42,622 bases of DNA from Bdellovibrionota bacterium. Its GTDB lineage: Bacteria; Bdellovibrionota_C; UBA2361. The stretch spans positions 1 through 42,622 of the forward strand of contig JBILDU010000012.1 of assembly GCA_044352465.1 (NCBI GenBank), given 5' to 3'. Numbering within the stretch: position 1 is the first letter of the stretch; each line of letters starts with the position of its first letter. This document shows positions 19,203 through 28,777 of this stretch, piece after piece. Under the pieces are notes generated by a model that was not told the origin of the DNA, made no database searches, and saw only the letters and a program-made list of their open reading frames with translations. The position numbers were made by a program, and so were the translations under genes.

Positions 19203-20381
19203 TTAGTTCACCACATTCACGGTGCCACCGACACCAAAGTTCAATATCCGGCTAATCCCCTCGAAAGTATCTTGGGTTAACCGACGCCCGGAATCGGAGG
19301 GCACCCGCACGATATCGCCGTTACGAAGTCGAACGTCACGATCCTCTCCGCGCGAAATCCGCTCGAGATCAATGACGAGACGGGCCTTCTTATCGGGGTC
19401 GCCAACATCTCGGACTATCTCTACCTCATCCACTTTCGCGCCGTAAGTGATCCCCCCCGCGGCGGCTAGGGCGCTTAAAAGGGTCATCTGGCGACCAAGA
19501 TCAAGTGCGCCCCCCTTTTCCACCTCGCCTTCCACCGTCACTTTACCGCTCTCCGGAACGATGATCATATCGCCACCGCGGACCGGCACTTCAAGGGGAA
19601 TGCCGCCGTTCGTGCCGATGACGTGGTCCAAATACATCTCAACCGCACTTTTCTTCAGCGAGTCCGCCTCCTGACTCGCTAAGGCTAATCGGGCACGCGC
19701 CTCAACCTCATTCCCCGCCGAGACCCCCGAGAGCTCAGCCGGAATAAAATTCACAAAATTCCCGGCCTTATCAGAAACTCCACCCGCCTCGCTGATGAGC
19801 TCAAGCAAACTATTTGAGCCTTTTTTGAGGGGATAAGTGCCGGGGTTTCGAACCGCCCCCATAACCGCCACCTTCTGGCTCCCGTAGTTCGTGATGAAAA
19901 CAGAAACTTGGGGGTGCCGCACAAACGCGGTCAGCCTCCCCGTGAGATCGTCGAGCAGCTCAGGCTCCGTGAGGCCCGCCGCCTTTACCGAGCCGATAAG
20001 GGGGAGCGCCATGAACCCCGATTCCCGCACCCGCACCGAAACGTTCAATTCAGGCACATCGAAGACGTTAATCTCAACCTCGTCGCCTGGGCCTATTCGG
20101 TACGTGCTATCACGGGATGGTCCCTCTGCCCGGCTCCGAATGAGTTTAAGGAGTCTCTCCTGTTGGTGTTTCTCGTATGCGAGGAACAGCTCCCGCTCCT
20201 CTTCTGGCGTTGGCAGAGCTATCCCCTGCTGCTGGGCTTCTGCGCGCACGTCGGAGCGGGGCTTGGTAAAGCTTTTCCCGATACCACACCCCCCGAGAAA
20301 GAGCGTTGTCACGCTCAGGCAAACCAAAACGGTACGCCGCACGGTAACGTGTTCTCTTATAGTTTTAACGGTCATCATCAC
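19203..20381 (-). CDS. wza: Polysaccharide export lipoprotein (Wza/OPX, SLBB domains)
   Basis: Lipobox FLGGC; YRIGPGDEVEINVFDVPEL; VAVMGAVRNPG; LLELISEAGG; GDIVRVP. Confidence 0.9.
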   Translation of the reverse strand: MMMTVKTIREHVTVRRTVLVCLSVTTLFLGGCGIGKSFTKPRSDVRAEAQQQGIALPTPEEERELFLAYEKHQQERLLKLIRSRAEGPSRDSTYRIGPGDEVEINVFDVPELNVSVRVRESGFMALPLIGSVKAAGLTEPELLDDLTGRLTAFVRHPQVSVFITNYGSQKVAVMGAVRNPGTYPLKKGSNSLLELISEAGGVSDKAGNFVNFIPAELSGVSAGNEVEARARLALASQEADSLKKSAVEMYLDHVIGTNGGIPLEVPVRGGDMIIVPESGKVTVEGEVEKGGALDLGRQMTLLSALAAAGGITYGAKVDEVEIVRDVGDPDKKARLVIDLERISRGEDRDVRLRNGDIVRVPSDSGRRLTQDTFEGISRILNFGVGGTVNVVN

Positions 20382-21296
20382 TTACCGCCCCATCCTTAAC
20401 CGTGCCACATCAAGCGAAGGCTCACACGAAATCAAGAGCTCCCGCCGCCGCACCGCCTTAAACCCCGCACAATCGAAGATCACCAACGTCTCGTCTTTAG
20501 CCGCCTTGCCGAGGACCGTCGGGTCAGACGTAAAAAGCACCCCCAAGGTTCCCTCCCGAAGGGCGGTGAGACCGCGCGGCGGCTCATGAAAACCGCGAAC
20601 AACGACCGTTGAAGCACCCGTTTTTTCGACCTGCTGAGAGCGCCCAACCCGAGCGAGAGTATACTGCTTGCCCGGTCGATACTCCATCACCCGAAACGAC
20701 CCGCTGCCAACGAAGTTTACCCCTTGGCCGAAATCTCGGCCAAAGATAAGCGCCGACTGACGCTCCCAGATAGGGCAACGCGCCAGTTCACGCGGAAGCG
20801 CTAGCCGGGTATCCGCCTCAACCTCGAGGTCGACCCACTCTTGGAGCGCATCATACGGGGTTTTATCCCGCCGAGAAACGCTCTTTTTGACCCCACGAAG
20901 CCCTCCCTTTTTGATGCACTGCTCAAGGGAAAACAACACATCTTCCGCAGAGATCGGCCGGCCACTGTGAAATCGAGCCCCCCGGCGAACCCGTAGGGAC
21001 CACCGGGTGAAGTCGGGGTTCACCTGCACACTATCGGCAAGCGCCAACTCAAATTGATTCTTGGTGGGAGTCCCATCGCTCCGACGCCGCAACGACAAAA
21101 GAGTATCTCCTACCGCCTCCCGAACCACGAGGGCTGCAGGATGGGGGCTCCCTAGAACATCAAGCCCCTCTCCAAAATCCGCAACCCCAATGGTGACCGT
21201 CTCCTGAGCATAGGCAGCCGTCTCCCCCCCCCTTAAGAGTAACACCGCAACAAGGCTAGCGAACCCAAGCGCTCTATTCAGACCAGCGAACACCAT
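20382..21296 (-). CDS. Short family-5 (OppA/DppA-like) solute-binding protein
   Basis: Signal peptide; LADSVQVNPDFTRWSLRVRRGARFHSGRPISAEDVLFSL; VGSGSFRVMEYRPGKQYTL; only 304 aa. Confidence 0.75.
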   Translation of the reverse strand: MVFAGLNRALGFASLVAVLLLRGGETAAYAQETVTIGVADFGEGLDVLGSPHPAALVVREAVGDTLLSLRRRSDGTPTKNQFELALADSVQVNPDFTRWSLRVRRGARFHSGRPISAEDVLFSLEQCIKKGGLRGVKKSVSRRDKTPYDALQEWVDLEVEADTRLALPRELARCPIWERQSALIFGRDFGQGVNFVGSGSFRVMEYRPGKQYTLARVGRSQQVEKTGASTVVVRGFHEPPRGLTALREGTLGVLFTSDPTVLGKAAKDETLVIFDCAGFKAVRRRELLISCEPSLDVARLRMGR

Positions 21297-22608
21297 ACAC
21301 CTTAATTAATTTAACGAGCGCGTTGCGAAATGAGCGGGGCCGATCGGAGCTGCCGTAGTGGATCTTCCAATATCGAAAATTTCCCCCTTCGAGTCGAAGA
21401 GTCACGGTCGGGGTCTGCCCAAGGTTGAGGGCAGTTACCTGCACCCGATCACTTAACTGGACCCACGTGGCATTGTCATTACTACCCATGAGTTGAATGA
21501 CAGCCCCCTCGACCGCGGCCCCCGGCGCGACGGCGGCTACCTCAACAAGACGGGGCTGATAACCCACCGGAACATAAAATCCGAGCGAAGTGTAAAATTC
21601 ATCAAAAGTGGCGATGTCGTCGTGCCCCCAGGCTACGAGCGCTGTCGCCGCCGGGCGAGTGTCGGACTTCTGTACCGCCCGCACCACCGCCAACTCCTCG
21701 AGCTCCGACCTCGCGGTGTAATACGCCGCAAGCTCCCCCCCGCCGATACGGCGATAGATATCGGCGAGCTCTCGATCCGCCGTTTGCTGAACGTTTGAGC
21801 CAGCAGCCACTCCACCGAGCTCACCCAGTCGGCGGCGATGAAGATCCGCCGGGATCTTCTGAGCCACGAGCGCTGCCCGACTCTCCTCGATCGCCTCTAG
21901 TTGCAACGTGGCCCACATCGAGGAAAGCTCCCGGAAAAGCTCTGGCTTGCGCTCCCGCATCAACTTTGCCCACTGCAATACGTGGGGGAATCGCCCCGGC
22001 ACAATTCTTTTCAGCCGCTCAGGATTGAGCATATTCGAGAATACGAATTCAGTTTCGTTCGGACGCACCTCAAGCTTTAGGGTCAAAAACCGGTTCAAGA
22101 GCCGATCAAGTTCACCCTCATCTCCCGACCACAGCGCCAATTGCGCCGCCGCATAGATTACCCGCGTATTGGTGGAATCAGCGGCCAGCGCGAAGGCTGC
22201 CACTTTGCGAAAATCTCCCTCGGTATAGCGCTCGGAGCACCGCACGCTCCCGAGAAGCTGACGCAGATTGGCCCAATTAATGAGATACGCGGCGTTACGT
22301 GGCTCGCGGCGAATAGCCTCGCCAACCATACCTAACGCCTCACAGAACATCTCAACCCGACGACGCGGCTCGGTCTCAAGCTCGCCCTCCCGCCGAAGCC
22401 GCGCACCGAGTCGCGCATACGGGCGTCCCGAGACGAGGGTCGCGCCCGCGGCGCGCCGAACGAACTCCGTCTCCTGCTCAGCTAAAACCGGCTCCTCACG
22501 GGGAGCGTCGATCGTCTTAAGGGCCCGGCTATCACGCCAATCGACAAGGGCACTCCCCACTCCGAGAAGAGCAAGCCCACCGACGCAAAGAGGAAAAAGC
22601 CACCGCAT
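21274..22608 (-). CDS. Membrane-anchored or exported hypothetical protein with TPR-like helices and a C-terminal discoidin (F5/8C)-like domain
   Basis: N-terminal hydrophobic segment; EAIRREPRNAAYLINWA (TPR-like); IQLMGSNDNATW...NFRYWKI (discoidin-like). Confidence 0.65.
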   Translation of the reverse strand: MRWLFPLCVGGLALLGVGSALVDWRDSRALKTIDAPREEPVLAEQETEFVRRAAGATLVSGRPYARLGARLRREGELETEPRRRVEMFCEALGMVGEAIRREPRNAAYLINWANLRQLLGSVRCSERYTEGDFRKVAAFALAADSTNTRVIYAAAQLALWSGDEGELDRLLNRFLTLKLEVRPNETEFVFSNMLNPERLKRIVPGRFPHVLQWAKLMRERKPELFRELSSMWATLQLEAIEESRAALVAQKIPADLHRRRLGELGGVAAGSNVQQTADRELADIYRRIGGGELAAYYTARSELEELAVVRAVQKSDTRPAATALVAWGHDDIATFDEFYTSLGFYVPVGYQPRLVEVAAVAPGAAVEGAVIQLMGSNDNATWVQLSDRVQVTALNLGQTPTVTLRLEGGNFRYWKIHYGSSDRPRSFRNALVKLIKVYGVRWSE

Positions 22609-22780
22609 AATATTAGTTCAAGACCTCTCCAAGAGAGTACCCAAGAAGATAGTTTCGGCGAAAGAGGAAAGGTCGCCACCCCAGGAGAATTAAGGGGCTT
22701 TAGGACGGAAGCATATCAAACCGAAAAAACCGTTGCCACGGGCGCTGTAGAGGAACTGGAGCGAACGAGAACTTCAGCCT

Positions 22781-23629
22781 CTACCGAGAAGCGAGTTCGG
22801 CAACTGCGGACACCGCCTGGATGGCTATTCCGAGCCGGTTGGCCTCTCGAACCACCTCATCCGGCTGAAGAATAATGGTCTTTCCGGCTTCGACGACCAG
22901 AGCCGTGACCCCGTTTCGTTCACACGTCGCGATCGTCTGGCAACCGATCGTGGGAAGATCGAGCCGCTCATCTTGGTGCGGTTTACAGACCTTGACGACG
23001 ACAAGCCCCCTACCGGCTAATTGATGCGCCCGCTCGATCGCTTTATCGGTGCCCTCAACTGCCTCAACGGCGACCACGAGCCCTCCAGCTGCCACAACGG
23101 TTTGACCGATATCAAGCCCACCAATTACTTTGGCGGCCTCCCATCCAAGCACCGCATCGCGGCGCTCGTCGACCGTGAGAAGCCGCTGCGTGAGCGGTCC
23201 AACGGCGGGAAGCGCCCGATCGAGAAGAAGACTGGCTCCAAATACTTGGAGACCCTCACGTTCAAGCTCACCGGCGATGCCCCGCAGAATAACGTCGTCC
23301 TTGATGCTGCGCAGCCGTGCGACCAGAGCAGCTCCGCGCCAATCGAGGCTCACCCCACCAAATAGTTTGACCCGGGAGATCCCGCCCGCAAACGCGACAT
23401 GCCGAACGCCTTGGGAGCGGAGAAAAGAGATAAGTTTCCCGAGCTGCCCCACCCGAACCCAACGGACCTTTGAGACCACACTCTCTAAAGCTGGATCGGT
23501 CTCCCCCCGGTGAGCCACCGCAACAACCGTCAGCCCCCGCTCCTTGGCCCGTCTGGCTACCTCGACCGGAAACGTACCGTTCCCAGCGATGAGCCCGACC
23601 GGCGAGATTAAATCCTCAACGGCTACCAT
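22781..23629 (-). CDS. lpxI: UDP-2,3-diacylglucosamine diphosphatase LpxI
   Basis: GLIAGNGTFP, LDIGQTVV, AVEAVEGTD, KPHQDERLDLPTIG; follows lpxA. Confidence 0.92.
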   Translation of the reverse strand: MVAVEDLISPVGLIAGNGTFPVEVARRAKERGLTVVAVAHRGETDPALESVVSKVRWVRVGQLGKLISFLRSQGVRHVAFAGGISRVKLFGGVSLDWRGAALVARLRSIKDDVILRGIAGELEREGLQVFGASLLLDRALPAVGPLTQRLLTVDERRDAVLGWEAAKVIGGLDIGQTVVAAGGLVVAVEAVEGTDKAIERAHQLAGRGLVVVKVCKPHQDERLDLPTIGCQTIATCERNGVTALVVEAGKTIILQPDEVVREANRLGIAIQAVSAVAELASR

Positions 23630-23680
23630 GAAGAAACCCGCTGACTCGTTAAGAACGAACGGCGTACCGCCGTCCACCGC

Positions 23681-24496
23681 TCAGCCCTCTTCGTCAGCCG
23701 CGCCGGCCCCACGACGAGGGCCCGCCACGCCACGCTTTGAGCCAAGAATAAATTCGAGAAATCCCCGTCCCGCAGGGAAGTCCGTACAGCTTCCGAGGAG
23801 TGCACGAACACGCTCATGAAGAGACCCCGTCCCAAAGAAAACCTCCCGATAAAGCCGCTTCAATCGGGCGATATCGGGGGCACTCATCCCGTGGCGCTCA
23901 AGCCCTATCCTGTTAAGTCCCACCAGACGGGCGCGATCCCCTTGCGCCATCGTAAACGGAGGGATGTCCTTGGCGACCATCGCCCCTCCGCCGACAATCG
24001 CTTGATCGCCGATCTCGACAAATTGATGGATACCGCTCAGCCCCCCGATCGTAACCTTGTTGCGAATAACGACGTGCCCAGCAATCGCAGCCGAATTCGC
24101 AATGACATTTCCGCATCCGACGTGGGAGTCGTGCCCGATATGGCTGTTCGCCATAAAAAGATTCCCATCACCGATTGTCGTTCGCATTCCTCCACCAGCA
24201 GTTCCCGGCTGCAATGTCACGAACTCCCGCACGATATTTCGCGACCCGAGCGTCAGGGTGCTTGGCTCACCCCGATATTTGAGATCCTGCGGCGGAGCGC
24301 CCACTGACGCGAACTGAAAGATCACGTTCTCGTCGCCGAGCTCCGTTCGACCATCGAGTACGACGTGAGGACCGATGCGATTCCCGGCTCCCATGCGGAC
24401 GTCGGGTCCGATAACCGCATAAGCCCCGATGGAGCAACCGTCACCGATTACCGCACCTGCCGCAACTATCGCCGTTGTGTGAATCTCGCTCGCCAC
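23681..24496 (-). CDS. lpxA: UDP-N-acetylglucosamine acyltransferase LpxA
   Basis: Hexapeptide repeats; PPQDLKYRGE, REFVT, SHIGHDS, GIHQF, DIPPF, GLNRIGLER. Confidence 0.97.
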   Translation of the reverse strand: MASEIHTTAIVAAGAVIGDGCSIGAYAVIGPDVRMGAGNRIGPHVVLDGRTELGDENVIFQFASVGAPPQDLKYRGEPSTLTLGSRNIVREFVTLQPGTAGGGMRTTIGDGNLFMANSHIGHDSHVGCGNVIANSAAIAGHVVIRNKVTIGGLSGIHQFVEIGDQAIVGGGAMVAKDIPPFTMAQGDRARLVGLNRIGLERHGMSAPDIARLKRLYREVFFGTGSLHERVRALLGSCTDFPAGRGFLEFILGSKRGVAGPRRGAGAADEEG

Positions 24497-24509
24497 CGCG
24501 CATGCCTAC

Positions 24510-24956
24510 TTAATCAGCCTCAGCCGCCGAGATCGTTGCCGAAGCCACGACCTTGTCGCCAACCATTACGGTGCCGCTCATGATCCACAGCGGGCGACGT
24601 TTCCGTACTGAAACCATCTCGATTCGGAGCGTGTCTCCCGGCACAACCTGGCGCTTCCACTTACAATCGGTGGCTCCAACAAGAAACACCGTCTTCCCAG
24701 CGCCCACACCGTCTTGGGAGCGGCGCGCCAGGATAGCTCCCGTTTGGGCCATCGCCTCGAGAATCATCACCCCGGGCATCACCGGTCGGCCCGGAAAATG
24801 ACCGGTGAAATAGGGCTCGTTCATGGTGACGTTCTTAATCCCGACGGCCCGCTCGTTATCAACAAACTCAACGATCCGGTCGACCATGAGAAATGGATAC
24901 CGATGCGGAATGATCTCCTGAATCTGAACCGCATCGTAGATTATCTGCTCTTCCAT
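24510..24956 (-). CDS. fabZ: 3-hydroxyacyl-ACP dehydratase FabZ
   Basis: IPHRYPFLMVDR, GHFPGRPVMPGVMILEAMAQ; ATG 24956 after GAAGGAG (the track starts at 24977). Confidence 0.97.
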   Translation of the reverse strand: MEEQIIYDAVQIQEIIPHRYPFLMVDRIVEFVDNERAVGIKNVTMNEPYFTGHFPGRPVMPGVMILEAMAQTGAILARRSQDGVGAGKTVFLVGATDCKWKRQVVPGDTLRIEMVSVRKRRPLWIMSGTVMVGDKVVASATISAAEAD

Positions 24957-25012
24957 CGCCGCTGCTCCTTCGTCCAATCTCCCAACAAATACTACCGCGC
25001 CCCGCTCCGCGG

Positions 25013-25561
25013 CTACAGATCGACCTTCTTCTTATTCAGAAGTTTGACCACATCCGCCGTAATATCGATACGCGAGCTCGCATAAACCACCGTGCGTGGG
25101 TCCTTCTCGATAATAAAAGGATATTTACCAGCCGCTCCAACCTCAGCGATCGCCGCGTCTATCTCTTTAATCACCCGGGCCATCTCCGCGTTATTCTTTT
25201 TCGCGGCCTCAGCCCGTTGATCTTGTAAAAGCCGCCCGAACTCACGTTCGTTCTTCGCCAGAATCTGCCGCTTCTCCTCGAGCGCGGCCGAGGAGAGAAG
25301 CCCCGATTGCTTCTGGATATCCTCCGATAGTTTCTGAAGTTCGGCTCGACGACGCTCGAGCATCGCTTCGCGCTTCTTCAAATCGGCCTCAAGGTTTGAC
25401 CGGGCCCCTTTTCCAACGAGTGACTCATCGATGATCTTCTGCATATCAACGACATAGACGAGCGGCTCGGCCGAAAAACCGTGCGACGGGGCGATGAGAA
25501 AACTCGCCGCGAGAACGACGAGGGCACAAAAGAGGTGCAAAGAAACAATCAATTTTTTCAC
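25013..25561 (-). CDS. skp: Periplasmic chaperone Skp/OmpH
   Basis: Signal peptide, VVDMQKIIDES, coiled-coil, IDITADVVKLL; GTG 25561 after GGAG; follows bamA. Confidence 0.9.
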   Translation of the reverse strand: MKKLIVSLHLFCALVVLAASFLIAPSHGFSAEPLVYVVDMQKIIDESLVGKGARSNLEADLKKREAMLERRRAELQKLSEDIQKQSGLLSSAALEEKRQILAKNEREFGRLLQDQRAEAAKKNNAEMARVIKEIDAAIAEVGAAGKYPFIIEKDPRTVVYASSRIDITADVVKLLNKKKVDL

Positions 25562-25774
25562 GCGTGGTACTCCATGGGCGCCGCTTCTCGCTGGGCTCAC
25601 CACAGCACCAGCGAGACAAAGGACGGCGCGTTATAGCCCCTCTTTGTGGGAAGCCGCGCGCCCCTCAGCGTTGCAACACTATAGTTTATAACCCCCCGAA
25701 ACTCAAACAGCTCCCGAACTTGCACCGAGGGGCGCAGCGCGAGCTCCTCCCCCAGTACTCAGGCAGAACCTCTC

Positions 25775-28093
25775 CTACAACGGGGCACCGAAGGAGAACA
25801 TCGTCACCATCGAGCTCTCCCCCTCTTCCCGATCGATCGGGAAGCCGAATTCAACCCTAATCGGACCAACGGGGGAGCTCCAACGAATTCCGTAGCCATA
25901 AGCCTCGCGGAGCTCTCCGAAGTCGATCGAAACACCATCATCGAAGGCGTTACCGATGTCGTAAAACACGACTCCCTTGAATCCCGCCGAGTTAATCAGC
26001 GGGAAGATGACTTCGAGGTTATTAACAAACTCCTTGCTACCGCCGTACTCGTTTCCATTCTCATCCTTCGGGCCCAAGGTGCGATTCTTGTAGCCACGAA
26101 CCGAGTTAATCCCTCCGGGAAAGAAACGCTTAAAGAGCGGAAACGGCTCATCGTCATAGCTTTCGCCGTAGCCGAACGAGGTCCGCCAGGAAAAAACGAA
26201 TTCGCCGACAGAGGTTGTCAGAAGCGGATGGTACAACACATTCCGCGCTTCCAGCAGGTAGTAGTCCTGATTTCCCCCCACACCGGCTAACTCGAGCGAC
26301 AGAACCTGCCGGGACCCCTTGGTGGGATTCAGCGGATTATTGATCGTGTTACGAACGAGCTTGGGAGTAAAAGCCGACGACGTTGAGCGGCCCTCTGAGT
26401 CGATAACCAGTTGGGCCGCATCGTTCTCGTCAACGTTCTTGATCTCAATGTCGAGATACTCGTATTGGAGTGAAAAGGCGATATCTTCAGCCCATTCGCC
26501 CAGGACCTCCCCCAGCGGATACCCAACTTCCATGCCACCACCGGCCAGGTCGCGATCAAAATCGTCGTACTCCCGCTGACTCATGAGAACATCTGCCCCA
26601 ACTGACCAGAAGGAATCGTTGAAACGGGGGTCCTTGACCGCAAAGACCAGATTATTCCGCTCGGTGCCGATATCGGCATTGATCGAGGCGCTCCGCCCAC
26701 GCCCGAAGAAGTTATTCTCTGTCAGCCGCGCGTTAAAGAGCGCTCCGTCGGCGCTTGAGAACCCCGCGCCGACGCTAAACGACCCGGTTGAACCTTCCCG
26801 CACGTTGACTAAGAGATCCACCGTGTCCGGTGCCCCCGTCGGCTCAGAGGTGATGCTGACCTCCTCGAAATAGCCGGTTCGCTCCAGGAGCTGTTGGCTT
26901 CGCCGCACTTTCGCCCCGGAATACTGACTCTGCTCCTCAACCCGAAGCTCCCGTCGGATAACGTTGTCGTAGGTTTTATCGTTACCTCGAATCTTTATTC
27001 GATCGATCGAAACGGGGTTTCCCTGACTCACGGCGAAATCGATACCGACCGTACCGTTCATCTTGTCGACCGCTGTGCCCGGAACTACGTTCGCAAACGC
27101 ATAGCCGCGATCAGAATACTTGTCGCTTATTTTAAACGCATCTTCCCGAATTTTAGCTGCGCTGAAAATCGCCCCAGGCTCGGTGTCGATCCCCTCCATC
27201 GTCTTCGCCGCATCAGCATCGATAAGGTCTCCCGACGCGGTGACCTCGCGGATCGTATAGCGTGCGCCTTCCTGTACATCGAAGGCGATAGCTATCGCGC
27301 CGTCCTTTACCTCGATCTGGGGCTCACTGACCGCACCGTCGAGGTATCCATTATCGAGCATCCACTGCCGGAGCAAGGCGCGATCGTTCTCTAACATGTC
27401 CCGATTAAGCCGGCCTGTCCCGAGAAGCCACGACTTATACCAACGGTGCTCCTTGGTCTGCATGGTCTCGCGAAGGTCACCCTCGTCGACGTTTTGAAGC
27501 CCCCGAAATACGATCGAGGTGATCTTGAACTTCGCGCCCTCGGACACGTTGAACGTCAGGTCAACCTGGTTGTCGCTCACGGGAACAACAACATAGTCGA
27601 ACGCGGCATCGTAAAATCCCTTACCCTGATAAAACACCACTGCGTTGCGCATGAGCGCCTCTACCCGTGCCTTATCCAGAAAGCGGTTGGTGCCGAATTT
27701 GAGCACGTCAGCGAGGTCTTTCTCGGAAACCTCCTCGTTGCCCTTAATGAAAACCTTCCGCACTACCGGCTTCTCGACCACGACATATCTCAGCGTCGCC
27801 CCACTCGGTCCCCCGGCGACCACACTTGCCGTCACCTGCGAGAAGAATCCGGTGTTGTAGATCGCCTTAATGTCAGCGCTGACAGTTTCGGCGCTGACGC
27901 TCCCGGGGACGCTTTTGATCTGGGCCTTCACGGCCGCGGTATCGATACGCTGATTACCTTCAACGGCAACGGACCGAACAGCGCTCAAGCCACTCGGATC
28001 GGCTGCCCTGGCGGGGAGCGCTACGGCGCTCAGAGCCACTACCGCCACGATTAGGCACCGAATTAAGGATCTTATTTCCATACACCTCTTCAT
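25775..28093 (-). CDS. bamA: Outer membrane protein assembly factor BamA
   Basis: POTRA repeats (VEGNQRI, IRGNDKTYDNVIRREL); SVRGY motif; WSSPVGPIR. Alternative start ATG 28081. Confidence 0.96.
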   Translation of the reverse strand: MKRCMEIRSLIRCLIVAVVALSAVALPARAADPSGLSAVRSVAVEGNQRIDTAAVKAQIKSVPGSVSAETVSADIKAIYNTGFFSQVTASVVAGGPSGATLRYVVVEKPVVRKVFIKGNEEVSEKDLADVLKFGTNRFLDKARVEALMRNAVVFYQGKGFYDAAFDYVVVPVSDNQVDLTFNVSEGAKFKITSIVFRGLQNVDEGDLRETMQTKEHRWYKSWLLGTGRLNRDMLENDRALLRQWMLDNGYLDGAVSEPQIEVKDGAIAIAFDVQEGARYTIREVTASGDLIDADAAKTMEGIDTEPGAIFSAAKIREDAFKISDKYSDRGYAFANVVPGTAVDKMNGTVGIDFAVSQGNPVSIDRIKIRGNDKTYDNVIRRELRVEEQSQYSGAKVRRSQQLLERTGYFEEVSITSEPTGAPDTVDLLVNVREGSTGSFSVGAGFSSADGALFNARLTENNFFGRGRSASINADIGTERNNLVFAVKDPRFNDSFWSVGADVLMSQREYDDFDRDLAGGGMEVGYPLGEVLGEWAEDIAFSLQYEYLDIEIKNVDENDAAQLVIDSEGRSTSSAFTPKLVRNTINNPLNPTKGSRQVLSLELAGVGGNQDYYLLEARNVLYHPLLTTSVGEFVFSWRTSFGYGESYDDEPFPLFKRFFPGGINSVRGYKNRTLGPKDENGNEYGGSKEFVNNLEVIFPLINSAGFKGVVFYDIGNAFDDGVSIDFGELREAYGYGIRWSSPVGPIRVEFGFPIDREEGESSMVTMFSFGAPL

Positions 28094-28094
28094 C

Positions 28095-28769
28095 CTAACG
28101 AAAATTCAAACGCCCGCCCGGTTCCATCTCGGCGATCCGGTCCATTGACTGAGCGAGCTCTTGGCTGTGCGTCACTACCACAAGCAGATTGCCTAGCTCG
28201 CGATTCATCGTCAGCAAAAGCTCCTGAACCGCTCCCGCGGTGGCGACATCAAGATTACCAGTCGGCTCATCGGCGAGGATGACCGCCGGGTTCGTCACCA
28301 GAGCGCGCGCGATCGCGACCCGTTGCTGCTCCCCCCCGGAGAGAGCTCCCGGCCGATGATGGAGGCGGTCGTGGAGCGCGACACGCCGCAGCATCGCGGC
28401 TCCCCGCTCCATGGCCTCCGCTTCACTGAGTCCCTCGATGAGAAGGGGCATCGCAACGTTCTCAAGCGCCGAGAATTCCGGGAGCAGGTGGTGGAACTGA
28501 AATATAAAGCCGATATGTTTCCCCCGAAACGCGCTGAGGGCGTCACCCGAGAGCGCATCGAGCGGAGTATCGTCGTACCAGATTCGCCCACTCGTTACCG
28601 TGTCGAGGCCACCCAGGAGGTGCAGGAGAGTGGACTTTCCGATGCCTGAACGCCCAACGATCGCCACGCTACCGCGCTCCGGAAAGTCGAGGGTCACGTT
28701 ATCGAGAACGGTCAGCGCGTGGTCAGCATCCTGATAGCTTTTCGTCACATTTTCAGTACGTATCCGCAT
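28095..28769 (-). CDS. lolD: Lipoprotein-releasing ABC ATPase LolD
   Basis: [50 protein letters not shown]. Confidence 0.92.
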   Translation of the reverse strand: MRIRTENVTKSYQDADHALTVLDNVTLDFPERGSVAIVGRSGIGKSTLLHLLGGLDTVTSGRIWYDDTPLDALSGDALSAFRGKHIGFIFQFHHLLPEFSALENVAMPLLIEGLSEAEAMERGAAMLRRVALHDRLHHRPGALSGGEQQRVAIARALVTNPAVILADEPTGNLDVATAGAVQELLLTMNRELGNLLVVVTHSQELAQSMDRIAEMEPGGRLNFR

Positions 28770-28777
28770 ACCCGCAC

